Shown here in pieces: positions 1 to 14,329 of a stretch of DNA of 64,000 bases. The position numbers were made by a program, and so were the translations under genes. Location of the stretch: the NCBI GenBank assembly GCA_905331295.1, contig CAJNYD010000293.1:1-64000 (forward strand), in the 5' to 3' direction. This stretch comes from Rotaria socialis (taxonomy: Eukaryota). The stretch's first letter is position 1. Each line of letters begins with the position of its first letter. Below the pieces are notes generated by a model that had not been told where the DNA came from, ran no database searches, and saw only the letters and a program-made list of their open reading frames with translations.

Positions 1-717
1 AAATTCCTCATTAAATTCTTGGTATATTTCAGTGACCCACGGTCATCTCAATTTATGGTGTCATAAGAAACTAGAGAACTCTTCAAGATTGTATTTTTCA
101 TAGGTTTCTTGTACTAACCATAGTATTTCCAGGATAGATTTCCCACACCCTCAAAAACGATGAAAGATTACGAAAGCGGATTGTACGTGGCACTCTTGAT
201 CGATGTCTATATCTAACGAATAATTAATAAAGTCCAAAAAAGGCAACGTAGAATTTACAGTGATATAGTTTTCTGTTCACTAAAAGACGTTAAGTGTAAA
301 AAATACATCGAAATCGACAGTGAAAAAATGGTCTATAATAAATATTATTCCATTATTGCATTGATTTCAAGATGGATATGACTAATCGAGGAGTTGATTT
401 TCTTGATATCAGGTAAAAAAATATGAGTAATGACTTATGCTGAAATACCACTCGACCTTCTCAAACTATGTCGTTAAAGAAAAGGTCCTACCAGATGCAA
501 CTTTGCTCCTCATTCATGCATTCAATTGTTTTTCTCTTTAAATTCTCACCTAGTTCCTTTAAGTATTTTATTCTTAAGTTGTGCGAGCCATGCCATTACT
601 TATTTCAGCAGTGTTACTCTTAGATAATTTCAGTTATTTACATTCTAGATAATCTTATATATTCAGGAAAATACATGAGAATCCACCAGCATTTTACATC
701 AACGATGCTGAGTAGAA

Positions 718-964
718 CAAGGCGTCTTGACCAAAAAATATAACAGCAATGTAATCATTATGTTTATTACTTTAATAAAACAAATATCAATCGATCCTTT
801 TAAATGGATTGATTAAATGGCGATAAGCAGCTATTTATTAATAAAACGTCAGTGTGATCTTCAAAAGTGCACACGTGTCGGAGCTTTTGGCATTGAGCAA
901 ATGTCATCATCTGAAAAATTCGTTGGGCAATTTCCCGATGCCCCCCCCCTTGCCTACGCCACTG
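718..964. mobile_element. Degenerate hAT-like MITE remnant
   Basis: Right end reads ...CCCCCCCCTTGCCTACGCCACTG (ends 964), resembling the ...CCGCCACTG ends of the other MITEs here. The left end (CAAGGCGTC at ~718) and the TSD (GAGTAGAA vs GAGAGAAC) match only loosely. Confidence 0.3.
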
Positions 965-1364
965 GAGAGAACGTATGAAAAAGTTTTTGTTTAAAATATG
1001 TCAGTATGCTGAAGTGTTTAGTGGTTTCATTGAGAAATATTGTGAATGATAATAGTTTAAACAGTATTTATGATATAGCTATCAATGTTGTTGAGAAATT
1101 TATATTTTTTCGTATTACCAGATGAGAAATTGATACATTTTTTCATAAACGAAAATTTGATAGAAGCTTCCCAGTGGATGGAAAAGTTCCGAATTGTAAA
1201 TATACTAAAGTGGACTTAAGCTCTAGAATAAGGTATTCGTGTGAGAAAAAAAAGATTAAAATCTTCATCTGTTTATTGTAGGTGGTAGAAGCAATGAATG
1301 TAATAGTAGCATAAACTAGTTACTAGCTTCTGTAGCGGTAGCATACACTGGTTGCGAACGTCTT

Positions 1365-1455
1365 TAATAATAATAAAATATAATACTGTCGTAACTATGG
1401 GCTATAATAATAAAAATATGCGCTATTATCGTAACTATGGACTATAATAATAAAA
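1365..1455. repeat. Short tandem repeat, ~2 copies of a ~40-bp unit
   Basis: TCGTAACTATGG(G/A)CTATAATAATAAAAA occurs twice in tandem just left of the assembly gap. Confidence 0.6.
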
Positions 1456-1583
1456 ACGACAGATTTTGATGATTAATTAGAGACTAAATGCTAATTATAA
1501 TGATTTCTAATTAGTGAAACTAGATTTTTATTAGTGATGTGAGTAGTGGTGAACATAGGCAATCCATCTGTATAAAAATTTTA

Positions 1584-1621
1584 NNNNNNNNNNNNNNNNN
1601 NNNNNNNNNNNNNNNNNNNNN
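1584..1621. other. Assembly gap (38 N)
   Basis: Run of N characters. Confidence 1.
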
Positions 1622-2209
1622 GGGGTACAGGGGAGCCGCAAAAACCTAACAATTAAACTTACATTCACAATTTTCTTCGAAAATATATGTGAGTTCCACA
1701 AAAGCGGCAGCTATGCAGAGTCTTAATGCCACATAAACTCTCCTATATGTAAAATCTATGATTTTTATATGTACAATTTAAATGTTGAATCTCTGAACGC
1801 TAGAAGTAGATTGATTTGAATGTTCGACGATTGATAAAGCTATTGAAATGAATAACAACAATCCTATCAGTTGTACATTGTTGTTGTAAAAACAATTTTT
1901 TTTTGCTTATGAAGAATACCCTGTTCTATACAGTTTGTCTAACGTTTTTTCAGTACCAAAATTCGACCATTCATGATATATAATTGTTTCTTTTTTCTAA
2001 ATGTCATATATTAATGATTCCAAAGAAAAGAAAAGTTGAAATTTGTCTCTTCAGGAAAAGATTATCATTTCCTATTGTATCTTGTGTACGACTTTAAACT
2101 CTCGGGATTCATTTAAAATATGTCTTTTGTCTATGTTTGCAAATCCATATAACTCAAATAGATCAAGATAAAAATTGAATAAGACAACTCTGTATATGTT
2201 TTTTTCCAA

Positions 2210-2900
2210 CATGAGATCAGACTTTCAAGAAAAGTTAAGACGGTCTTCATCTGTCTTTGAATAGGGTGTGGATGTGGGATGTGCTTTCGACTGAATGCTG
2301 TTGGGTTTATTCCAGAAGCAGTGGAAGACGGATGGACCGTTGAAAACTAATTGGCGGTGATAAACAAGAAGGGCGGCAACATGATGGCGATTTTCGTATT
2401 CAACGAATCGGAACATCGCATAAGTTGTTACCATAACAAACTGGTAAGTAAAATATTTACATTTGATTGGATTTGAAGAGTAAATATGCACTTTGTATTT
2501 ATATAAAGATGTCAAGCAGATGAATTCAAATGTAACGTCAAAGAACAGAATTCGGTCATCAGCATGATCCATTCGTTGATTATTATTTTTTTTGATTGGT
2601 TCCGATTTTCAATCGTGTATGATCGATAGATGTAACAATTACAAACAATTGAAAATGCCTATTGTCATGAAGAATTATCGACCAGAAGAAATCAAAGTTT
2701 CATTGAAAAGCTATGATTTAGTTGTTCAAGATGAACACCATATTAAAAATAAAAATCGTTCAGAACAATCATCCTTCTTCAAATCAACAACGCTACAACC
2801 CAGTATGCAAGCTGATCAATGAAAATATCAATTGCAAATTGAAGTAACATTTATTGAACAAGAAGAGAATGCAAAACCAATAGAAAATCAGAAGAAATAA
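2210..2900 (+). pseudogene. Small heat-shock protein (HSP20/alpha-crystallin, two-domain p40-type) pseudogene
   Basis: Plus-strand remnants of a first alpha-crystallin domain (FRLNAVGFIPEAV; KQEGRQHDGDFRIQ...HKLLP*) and a second (QLKMPIVMKNYRPEEIKVSLKSYDLVVQDEH...RSEQSSFFKSTTL). An in-frame TGA at 2820-2822 is followed by continued homology KYQLQIEVTFIEQ...QKK* (ends 2900). Multiple stops and frame breaks. Confidence 0.7.
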
Positions 2901-3328
2901 AAGTCAACACAACTAATTTTAGTGTGGAGAGAGACAATACAATTTTATTTTATTCAGTATTGTATAAGATATTTGCTGCTTTCTTATCGTCAGTTATTTT
3001 TAAATAAATAGAAAAACAAACAATACCATAGCTTGATTCTTGTAATGTGGAGAAGTTCGATATGATCTATGACAGAAGAATATTTTATGCTACAATAGCA
3101 CGACTAGTCATTGTTTCAGAAGATAGAGAATGCAAGATGGAAAATCCTTTTCAATAGGTCTAATAAAGAATCCGGTTTTTACGGCCTGTTTTTATTTTTT
3201 CAGTTTCCGATAGTAAATTGTCATCAAATTGATTAGGAGGACAATCACAAGATCTTAGAAATATTAAATCACTCTTATTGTGGCTATTGGTATCAATGAA
3301 ATATTTGCTCTAGTTTTTGCATGTAGAC

Positions 3329-3657
3329 CAGGGTTGCCACCTCTTCCGTTTTTTTATGGAAAGTTTCCGCTGTTCCGCTTTTTTGTATAAAACGTGTTGC
3401 ATATCAAACATATGTACAGAATAATATTTGATATTATTGAATCAATTTTTATTGTTTACAAATACCGTGAGCCATCATTCTTTTACGTTTGAAACTTTGA
3501 TGAAATAAAAAGAAATCCAATGAATATGAAAAAATGCCTAATATTCTCCGAAGCATTACAAATCTGCAACAATATAAGCTTCCGCTTTTGTCTATTTTTG
3601 TTTCCGCTTTTTAAGATCAGTTTTCTGTTTTTTAGACTTCACCAGGTGGCAATCGTG
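3329..3657. mobile_element. hAT-type MITE
   Basis: TIRs CAGGGTTGCCACCT / AGGTGGCAATCGTG; perfect 8-bp TSD ATGTAGAC at 3321-3328 and 3658-3665; internal TTCCGC(T) subterminal repeats; no ORF. Confidence 0.9.
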
Positions 3658-4134
3658 ATGTAGACTGTGTTTTATTTCAAGAGGAATCGTAATAGATTCT
3701 CGGAGTTATTTTTAGATGAATAATTTTATTGGAAATTAGACTTAGTCCTATGAAATACATTCTAACATTCCCATTGTCGATTTCATAAGTCACATTTAAG
3801 TTTTTCTTGATTTCTTCTATATCGTCGTAGTTTTGATATCAAAGTTCAATTTCTCTTTCTCAAGTATTTTACGAAAATAAGTAGAATCAACGACAAAGTA
3901 AATTCAGCATAATATGCTTTAAAAATAATTGCGATATTACATATATTCATATTTAACTTTATTTACCTATTTCTTAGGTTTTTTATTCTATGTTTATGAG
4001 AATGAGTTGAGAAGTAATAAAAAAACGAAATGAATAATCTAACATCCTTTTTTCTTGTCTCAAGATTTTTCCATGACAGAAAAAAAGTGAAACAGAGAAT
4101 ACTAACAAATAACATTTGATTAAAATCTTTTCTT

Positions 4135-5618
4135 TTAATCTTGTCGACCTTTCAATTCCCGTACAGTAACCTTGTTTCTTTCAACAACATAAACAAGTAC
4201 ACCCCAACCACTAGCTGAATCGCGATCAACACCATTGAGTAAAGATTGGGATGTTGCTTCAAATAATTCATCTGCATTCATATTTGGTTTAAAAAAAAGT
4301 TCGCCTAGGAAAACAATAATAAATAATAAAAATAGTTTATTTTAGAATTCATTGCATACCAAGACCAAATATATAGTCACTAGCCGTACCAACTGTAGCT
4401 AAATTAACATTATCACTTATTGCGCCAATATTATCTGAATCATAGACAAATGTTTCTCCAGTTTTTGGGTCAAGACCAATAACAAGTGAAAAAACAAAAT
4501 AGGGTCCAAAACGACGTTCATATAAAAGATTTGTTAACATATTATATAAGACAATGGGTTTTATTTTTCTTTGTTCACGTAGTTCATATAAGTTTACACG
4601 AAATCTCAAACGTTCAGAGACTGTTTGAACCTATTATAATCAAAAAAATTCAATTGATCTTTTCATTAATTTACTGATTATGTTTGTTGGATAGAAAGAA
4701 TACTGCCGCTTATGAGATGCTTGAATCGAAAGTGTCTAAATTTTATCCCTGTTTTTTGTGTACTCAAAAAGTGAGTACACTTTAGAATCGGCCAGTGTGT
4801 CCGTCCGGCCGCAGGCACGATAACTTTCGAAAGGAGAGTCAGACCGTGATGAAATTTCCCACACAGCTCAATCTCATGAATATCTCGATCGAGTTCGAAG
4901 ATGAGAAGAATCCCTCAAGAAATGGTTGAGTTATCGAAAAAATTGCCATTTTTGACCAGGCCATCCCTGAGGAGGAGTACAGGGAATTTTTTTCAAAAAA
5001 TTAATCTTTCTCAGAATTATTCACAACATATATAAATCGACTCAGTTTTTAACGCTGATTTCGAATCTGATATTAGTTTTGAACTAAACCGTAGCTTTCT
5101 GATGAAACATCGCCTGAAAAACGTCTCAAAATGCACAAAAACTGCATCCAGAAATCAAATTGCCTAGTTTCTCATGATAATTTTGGTGTTCGGACATTCT
5201 AGAATGACTCATATGTCCCATGCACTTTTTGCAGTACACATAACTTTCGGATCAAATCCGAAGTTTCCACATTTATTTTTCTTCTAAGCTCAAATGTTTC
5301 ATTGTGTTAAGAATTCGATCAAAGTGTATCTCCTACAACTCGATTATTTTTTGACAGTTTTATGCCGATTGCATGTTACTGGACTCCCAATGTGTTCTAA
5401 GAATGCGATCAACTCAAAACAACAAGTAAACTCACATCTGTTGCTAAGCCACAGAATGAAACAAAACAATAATCGCCATATTGAAATATTTTCGTAAAAT
5501 TAGTTGCTATTGTTCGATTTTGCACACCATATCGTTTATCGCATGCTATGGCAACACATTCTTTGCCTTTCATGGCCAAAGCAACACCACCATTATATGA
5601 CATCATATCATCGCCCAT
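4135..5618 (-). CDS. PSMB3: Proteasome subunit beta type-3 (3 exons: ~5618-5436, 4630-4360, 4304-4135)
   Basis: Spliced translation MGDDMMSYNGGVALAMKGKECVAIACDKRYG...GLATD/VQTVSERLRFRVNLYELRE...LLYERRFGPYF...GELFFKPNMNADELFEATSQSLLNGVDRDSASGWG...VRELKGRQD*; GT-AG introns. Confidence 0.97.
4752..5280 (+). mobile_element. Non-autonomous Helentron-associated (HINE/DINE-1-like) element, copy 1, in PSMB3 intron 1
   Basis: 5' T-run, then GTGTACTC...GAGTACAC inverted pair, CCGTCCG microsatellite-like tract, 3' subterminal CAGTACAC, hairpin AACTTTCGGATCAAATCCGAAGTTT and T-rich end. Highly similar to the reverse complement of 37526-38054. Confidence 0.8.
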
Positions 5619-5763
5619 GTTTCTATAAATATCGTATTCAATCTACAATTAATATCATTTTTATTTATTAGATAGACAGAAATAGAGAGTTGAAATAAAA
5701 GAATAATTGCACTGTTCAAGGAAATAAAAAATTAAATAAAAAAAAAGAGTAAATTTGAATAGT

Positions 5764-7380
5764 TTAGAAGAGTGGAATATAATTATCAATTCTAAATAGA
5801 AAAATTTAATTGGTATTGAGAATCCAAAAAAAAACAGATAATATTCAAATTACCGTGCACGATGTTTTTGTGAAATACATTCAGCAATCCATATTATATT
5901 ACGAATTTCTTGTTCTTTTAATTTTAAATATGAAAAAAATATACCAAAATGAAATTGACGAAGAAATGCATTCATATTTAATTTAACCTAATTAGACAAA
6001 AAAAATCTATTGTAGAAACAAATTGTTTAACTTGAAATTTTACTTCATGTTCAAAAAATTTGTCTTCAATCGTTTTATCACCTAAATTGGTTCCGGATCC
6101 GTCAAATAAAGATTTATACACCTGAAAATATGTAACATAGAATAAACTAAGTGAAAAATAGATCTACAAACTGGATAACGAGCAGCAACATCTCGAACAC
6201 CTTCATAACTATCAGTACGTCGTAGTTCTTGTAAACCATCTGGATTTAAGTAACCACATGTTGGATACAATTTGAATCGTTCATCTTGTGTGAGCGCTGT
6301 ACCAAATGCATTGATGGTTATCATAAATGCTCGACGATCAGCTTCAAACTAAATAAATCAATCATATTAGTTTATTATTTATATTCTTGGTAACATACAG
6401 CAAGAATATCACACATAACTTCAGCTGTTATGCCACCAATTTCTTTACAATAATTATAAAAATCTTCGATGTATGCCTAAATAAAATATTTTCATTGCAA
6501 GAAAAAAACTAAAACACTATTTGTTGTTTTATACTTTATAAAGCGTACTACGAATGATTTCGACGTTTAATTCGTCGAGATCATGTTCAGAAATACAATC
6601 TTTAAAGTAAGGTCCTAAAAAACCACCGAAAAAACAAAGTTCATTAATCAAAATTAAAATGATGATTTACCCAATGGTGTATCAACGAGAACAGCTGTAT
6701 AAAGTTGAGCTGGTGTATCAGCAATTGTAATACCTCCAAGTTGTTCAAAAGTTCCCAATGGATGACATCGAGGCAAAAGATCATTGATGGCACGTTGATT
6801 AAGAGTGCCGGTAATTAATAACACAATATTATCAATCATATAACCATATCTAATAGAGAGATATAATTCGATGGAATATAAACACGAAATTTAAAACAAC
6901 AATAGCATGTTTGATCATGAAATCTTTTCAGCATTTAGCACATGCACTTATTTCTAGATTAGATGTATCTCGTATGAATATTGCTATGTGCACTTTATTG
7001 AAGTCATCGCGTGTATATTTTAAAAACTTACGTTATATAATCCATAAATGTTGATAATGGTTGATAAGATACATTGCGTAGATGTAGAAATTCTTGAACA
7101 AGTTTTTCACGTAAACGATCATCAATAATGTTAACAGTTAATGGAGTTGCTTCATTAGCCAAAAAATTTCCATAATCAGTCGATTGAAGATGAAGCCTTA
7201 AATCTTAAAGAAACAGAAAACAAAAGTAAATTATTTAATTTTTCTCTTGAATTCACCTTCAAGTGTTTCACATTGAACTAAATTATGGTAATCGGCTGCT
7301 TTTAAAATTCCACTTTTAAATCCTCGACATAAGCCTTCAGCATAGCCATGATCCATATTAAAGAAAAGGTCGTCTTTCAT
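5764..7380 (-). CDS. ATP6V0D1: V-type proton ATPase V0 subunit d (multi-exon)
   Basis: [26 protein letters not shown]...[26 protein letters not shown]...[14 protein letters not shown]...[17 protein letters not shown]...[19 protein letters not shown]...IDNYIPLF*. Confidence 0.97.
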
Positions 7381-7681
7381 TATAGAATTGAAATTTTCTA
7401 AACTATCTGAAAATTAAATAAATCAAAGTTCACTAATTTGATCGCCTTAATAAGAAACAAATATATACAGATACATTCAAATTGATGCGTATGATAATAA
7501 TATATGAATAATAAATAGGAAAAAAATCATTTGTATGTAACAATAAGAAAAACAGAGAGAAAATGAAAAAAGAGATTAAGCTCTATTTTACAATAACCGG
7601 CACATGCAAAATTTATAAGCTGAATATAAAAAGGAAGGAATGTTTGTTCAATCAATCACATTTTACAGATAAAGAATTGTA

Positions 7682-10600
7682 TTAAGGTGAAGTATGTGCT
7701 GTTTCGGTAAAAAAATTGAGTAGATGTTCTACAGTAAATTCAAGTTTTATATTCGAATTCGGGTAACAAATTTCAATTAACGTTGTCATTCGCTGATGTT
7801 CTTCAACTACAAGAGTTTGAATATCATGCCATATTGCCTAGATAAAAATAATAAGATTTTTTATTTTCGAATTGATACCCAGTAATGTTCGCATTTCTTT
7901 TTGATGAATTTTATGTACAGGATTTTTGTCACGGTCGTAAACAGAAACAAGCGACTCTCAGAGTAACTACTCGACATTGCCGTTGGCACGAATTCTGTAA
8001 AACTGATGTGTCCCATTCGAAAATTATCGTAGAACATTTCATAATGGCACAACATTAGTGACCCAAACATATCTGTTCGTTTTACAATATTTCAAGAACT
8101 GAAAAGCTGAATTCCTGAGAGATTCTATTCTCATCTATAAAGACTTGTTTCGTGGCGATATTGAATTTTAAAGAAACTTGTCCGAACAACATTGAGATTG
8201 ACTCTGTACTTACTTGCAGAAGTGATGAATTTTCTGATAAATGTTTTTCAATTTTTTTAGATAGATTTTCTAATCCACGTTTAACCTATTTTTAGAAAAA
8301 AAAAGTAAGGAAATATTTTTGATGTAAGAAAAAGAATAATATGCATCTTATACCTCTTTTGGTGGATGATCACGAATGAGACGACGTAGTTCAATGATAC
8401 TACAGTCACTTTGAAATTGCACATCTTCATCTTTAGCTAAACGTTTACGAATTTCGTCGACACGTTCAAAAAAGTTCTATTGAAAAATAGATAATATATT
8501 AGAAGCTTTAATTTTCGGCTTACATGTAATCGTTCGAACGGAACTCGGCAATATTCACGTTCATAATCAGCTTTTGCAGCATTGTAACATTTTCTTGCTT
8601 CTTGTTTTTCAGTGTCCAATGCAGATAATTTCCTTAGACCCATTATATCTATTGAAGAGATATTATTTACATAAGATATAAGCGTGCTTTATTTTACTTA
8701 CGTTGCATTTGATGATAATTTTCTACGTAGAAAAGAAAAAGAAAGAAAAACAACTAAGTTTTTTTATTAAATGTAAAAACGTATCTTTTCTGTTTAGGAG
8801 AATTTTCTAACAGTGCCTATTAAACCTTGCAAATAAAGAGATTTTAAATAAATTCGCCCTGAAGTTTGACAACAATTAAATAGTCTCTATAGGAAAATCA
8901 ATGCACAAATATAGACATATTTATTAGTTTAGAAAAAACTAATTTAGTGAATCTATTGTTGTAATACAATTAAGTATTGTGATGTTCTGAATAATTTTGA
9001 TCAATATATTCTTTTAAAACGTACATTGAACATTCACTTCATTAATAAAGATGGCTTTAGCATATTAAATAAATTACGATCCCTATTTTCTAGCCAGACT
9101 TCGATTTATATTAAAAGAAAAGAATTAATATTCATCTTCAACTTATATGATTTTCAACGAGCCAAGACTCATTCCTATCTATTCTATATACTTCATGATC
9201 TACTATTAATCGTACGAGCTGATATTAAATATATTCCACGTCTCAATTTATAATTTCTTTTTTTATTTGACGTCTCACTATCATGTAAATCAAATTTCTT
9301 ACCTAATCGAACCATTGAATCAGGCGTTTTTGCATCATGAACCATTACAGAGGCACATTCTTCAATACCTTGAAAAATAGCTGTAACTAAATTTTTATAA
9401 ACTCTATGTAAATCCACTGCTCTTGCTGATTTATCAAAAATAACTTCTGCTTCTTCGCTAAATTCCTAAATAAATAAAAAACAGATACAAACACTAATTG
9501 AGCAAAACCTTCATTGTACTAACTGAAAAATAATTCACATATGGTAAAATGCCAACGCGACGATTTTTAACTGGCCGATATTCGCGTATGCGTTTACAAG
9601 TCTCGCTCTAAATTTAATTTTAATTTGAAACTTACACAAAACATAATATTAAACTTACAATATAACTATCAACATCTCGCTTAAGTAATATCAAGTTACT
9701 TGCGAATAATTTATTGAGAAACGCTCCAAAGTTTTGAACAACCATTGTAGTTTCACTCAAACGAACAAATAGATAAAGAATCGTACTTGAAAACAAAAAC
9801 AAGAATGCATGAATCTTTTGAAAAGAAGTCCTATCAAATAATAAAACATACAATGGATCATAGTTTTTTATATGTGTAATTAATCCTCTTATTTCTTCGT
9901 CAAGCGAATTAAACAAATCCGATAGCATTTCTCTAGAAATAAATGATAAAAAGAATTCAAATTTCAAAAATATATTTACCTTAAGCCTGATGAACTAAAA
10001 TTTTCAATGCTTTCTGTTGATTCAGGTACATTCTAAATAGAAGGAAAAAATACTTCTCAGTACATCCTGTTCGGAGCCAATCTCTGGAGCGCACATATGT
10101 TACTTTTTGCTGCCAGCATTTCTTTATTTTATTTTTTGAAATTATTATTCTAACTATCCGAATAAATATTTTTTGCACATATTGATTCTACTGGCAGCCA
10201 GTGTTAAAGAATTTTCAGAAATCTCAATAAGCTCATAAGTACAGCTATCGATTTATAAGTTGATCATCACATATGTTTTATGTTTCTTCGTTCTTCTCGC
10301 TTATGACTTCTGTGAGTTGCAGAATGTAACTTACTTCGCCTGAAATAGTTTCTTCTTCCAGAAAATTAAAAAAATTCACACAAAATAATTGTTCTTCACG
10401 TACAGCTGGTGCGATTTGTCCAAGAACACGCTCAAAAATCTGTTCGTTAGAAGAAGAATAAGAAAACAAATCACAGAATCGAATCAAATTACTTTATCAC
10501 ATCGTGTACGAAAATCTTTTGTCGAAATTTTCAATGAAAATGATTCAGAATCTGTTAGACCACCAACGAAAGAAGTTTGCATATGCTGTTTATCTTTACG

Positions 10601-13600
10601 TATTGTATTTAATGTTGAAACAGATCCAACTAAATACAAATATATATATATATTCTATATTTCAATAGGAATATTTTCTTGCCAGCTCGTTTTTCCGGCA
10701 TCGCTGTAGCACCACGTGTAACCCCTATTTTTGCTGATTCGAAAAATGCATGCATTTCTTTAGCATAAATTGGTCGAATTTGTGAAGTATAAGCCTTGAA
10801 AAAAAATAACAGAATAAAGCTAAAAATACATAACTTTGCGCTTCATAATCACTTGGCAAACTTCTTTAAAATGATTCGAGGATGATACTTTCAACCATTG
10901 ACACAAAGGACTAAATGGTAAAAGTGGCCTTGTTATTTTTTCAACATGATGTGGTAATTCATTAGCGCCAATTTCACAGCGATCGCCGTAATCTTGCGAC
11001 TAAACGAAAACATACAATGAGTTAATTGATGAAAAATAAATAACATTGGATTTACTACGCACGAACAAAATTGTGAAGTTTTATATTACATTTGAAAACA
11101 AAAGCAGAGAAAATATTCTAGCAAAGTTATATTCAATATTCTTAAGAATATCTATGACAAAGTGTTTTGATAAGAATACGAAAAAGAAGTGTTTAAATAA
11201 TTACTCTGACAGATAATCAACACCGTATGATACAACGCAGCTACCCTTGCCATGCAGAAATTCATAATCCTCACAAGTCAATAAAAAATTTCATTTCTAT
11301 TGTTAACTTACATATTTTATTATTGTTTCTTTTATCTTTTCATACTTCTTATCTGTAATGTTTGTCTATTTGACAACAATTTCTTCAGGTAATAATGAAA
11401 TCAGTTTATCTACAATGCAGCTAAAAGGCTAATCATCTTTGCTATTTAATCTTCTGCGTCAGTCCTTATTTGCTAGTCATACTGGAACAAACAAACAAAA
11501 CTTCAATTACACCAATTGAATGGTTTTTACGTTCCAGATAAATGAAACTACGCTATTTTACTGTCTAATTAAAATTTTTCGAATAAAAGGAATGCGAATT
11601 AATTAGTTTAGTAAGAATATTTTTAATCCTTAGTTCATTCTATAAAATATCATATCCATCTAGGATTATCATCGTTCATGATATAACGTACTACTATTCG
11701 TTTTAATATTGCACTCATATCATAGATAACAATGAACTTTAATCACTGACGAAAAATGCTTTTTCCATTGTTTCAAATTTAAAAGCGTTATAATTCTATT
11801 GAAAATTTTTATGATAATTTAAGCGTATTGTGAATTACTTAGAGGTGAAAAATTCAACGAAATCACGTTTGGTCTACAACAGGGGACTCACGATTTCATA
11901 GCACATTGCTTACTGAAAAATCTTGACTATGTGTCACGCAAAATAATAAACATAAACTATTTTAACTTTCACAAGGTGAACACATAGAGCACGTGTTTCA
12001 TAATTTTACTTGAAATCTACTTACATGAAAAACAAATTTGCTACTAAGAAAGTTTTTACATCGTAATGAAAATGCTCTTTGAGTTTGTTCAAGTAAATCT
12101 CGTCTTTGCCGTATTGCAGCCATTTTTTCCATTCCTATAGAAATATAAAAATAAGATAATTTTCAATTTTAGTTAAACATCTAAACCTGGTTGTAATTGC
12201 ACAGATAATGCTTGAGTTAACAAAGTTGCTGCTTGAATACACATTGTTCGATCATTATCATTTGTTAAATCGCTATTTTGTAATAATTGAATATAATCAT
12301 CGGAGAAATCTTGCATTTCCTTTATTTTTTGATAAAGAAAAGAATTATTCGCAAAATAAATAAACATAAATTTTCTTACAAGTAAATTATCAAGTGCTTC
12401 AGTCAATTTTTGAACATTGGCTGTTTCGATTTGGATCAGTGAGTCTTTTCTACTCATTATCTTAACTGCATCAGCTACTGTCTGAAAAATTTACAAAACA
12501 AAAAAGGAGGCCATCAATTCAGTACTTTCTAAAAAAAAGTCATCCAACGTACACTTAATTTTTTCTCATAGAGACCTAAACGATTATCAATTTTTGATAT
12601 TTCTTCAACGGCTTTATCTAACATATTCATTAATTGAACAGCCCCTTTTTCTGATGCCATTACTGTTTCAACATTTGCCTAATAATGAAAGTATTAAGAT
12701 TAAAAAAAAAGAAGAAATTTAATTCATGATTGTTTTTACTTACCACGTCAAGATCAGTTAAACGCTGTTGAAGCATATCAACAAATCGTTCAGCATCTTT
12801 AATTGCAAAATCATATTCTGACATAAGATCAGTTAAATCCTGTTCTTCTTGCTGCGTTATTGCATCCCATGTTTCAGGCACCGATGGACGACTCGACAAA
12901 GGTTCAAGATTTTGTGTGTCTAAACGGATCAAAAACAAATTTGTATTTATTTTCTTCTCAACTAGAATAAAAAGACTAAAGACTTACTTCCTACTAAATC
13001 ATCATCATTTGGAACATTAAGATATTTTGGTTTATCTCGACTATGTCTTAAATAATGAGCTGTTATCTAATAGAAAGAAGGCTATGAATTATTTTTTGTT
13101 TTGTTTTGTTTTCATTGATACAAACTTTTCTGAGATTAGAAACAAATTCTTTCTTTTCATCGAATGATAATGCAAGAAACGAATATTCTCGATCCGCTGT
13201 TACGATATCAATGCCTAGTGTTGATGGTTGACGTTTATCATTGATTACTGGAGCATAATCGATCGTTTTTACGTCACATAATAGAATATTCATTTTTTTC
13301 CTGGCTATTTCATAGCCTTTGTCACCAAATCGCAATAGATGTAATGTTGGTTGTGCATCGGCTTTTTGATAAACTAGAAAGAATATAAAATCATTTTCAT
13401 AAATCAAGTTTACAGAGGCGAAATATTAACAAAAAAAAGCTTCATCTACAAACAAATTCTTTATTTTTCAAAATTACATTCATATCTCCTCAACATTGCA
13501 TCATTAGCGATCTATAAGTGCATTTCAAAGTAATGCTTATTAGTATCCTGAAAGTCAAATATCAATAGAAAAAATAAAATGTGTTAAATCAATACACTCA

Positions 13601-14329
13601 CATGATAACATCATTTTAGTAAAATTATATTATTTTTCTACTATAAAATTGATGACTAGATAACAGTTACTCTACGCTCTAAGAATTCTGAAGACATGTC
13701 TTCGTTGAGAGCTCTGGCCAATTCACTTTTATGTGTGACTTGTTTCGAAATGCCTGCAGGTCAAATGGTGCTTTCTTTTTGTCGAATATATTTATTTCTA
13801 CAACTCTGTATTAATATATCATTTAAGTTGTTTACCTGAATATTTTCTATACAAGAAACGGTTCGACTAATGTTTTATTTCTGATTAAATCGATTCTATT
13901 TTACATCATTGAGAAATATCTAATCGTTATAGCAAAAGCAAGATGTCATCAGAGAGAAAACGAAGAAATAAGGAATATAGGAAAGTAAAAGATTCTTTTG
14001 AATGAAATAAAATCATCTAGCAATTTTTTATATTCAATACCTAGGATTTAGACGTCGAACTGATCAAGATCTATTTCTTTTAATCAGAACCTCAGCGAAG
14101 TTTTTGTTTATCGTAGACAGAATAGTATGTCACTATTTTATCGGATATGATTTCCTAGGCAAATAGTCTCTTGAAAATTCATATACTTACTGCAAGCACA
14201 TATAATGTATGATTTTTCTTTCGATTTTTTTGTTATATCTTGAACCCGACATAAAGCAAGACATGTTTCTTGCGTTGCTGAAAAGAGATCATCATTTAAT
14301 TTTGTTTGAATAACCTTCAAGTCTTGCAT
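7682..14329 (-). CDS. EXOC1: Exocyst complex component 1 (Sec3), many exons
   Basis: N-terminal Sec3 PH-like exons (MQDLKVIQTKLNDDLF...; ...REYSFLALSFDEKKEFVSNLRK), coiled coil (EEQDLTDLMSEYDFAIKDAERFVDMLQQRLTDLDV; KDSLIQIETANVQKL), C-terminal VREEQLFCVNFF, ENYHQM, KKIEKHLSENSSLLQVIWHDIQ...LIEICYPNSNIKLEFTVEHLLNFF...*. Confidence 0.9.

Noticed and set aside
2225..2572. 115-aa minus-strand ORF
   Set aside because: Antisense to the sHSP pseudogene; no recognisable motifs.
2820..2822. In-frame TGA in the sHSP relic (also in the tetraspanin and NHL relics) as possible selenocysteine or readthrough
   Set aside because: Each relic has additional lesions (TAA/TAG stops, frameshifts or an insertion) and the positions are not Cys-homologous; ordinary pseudogenisation is simpler.
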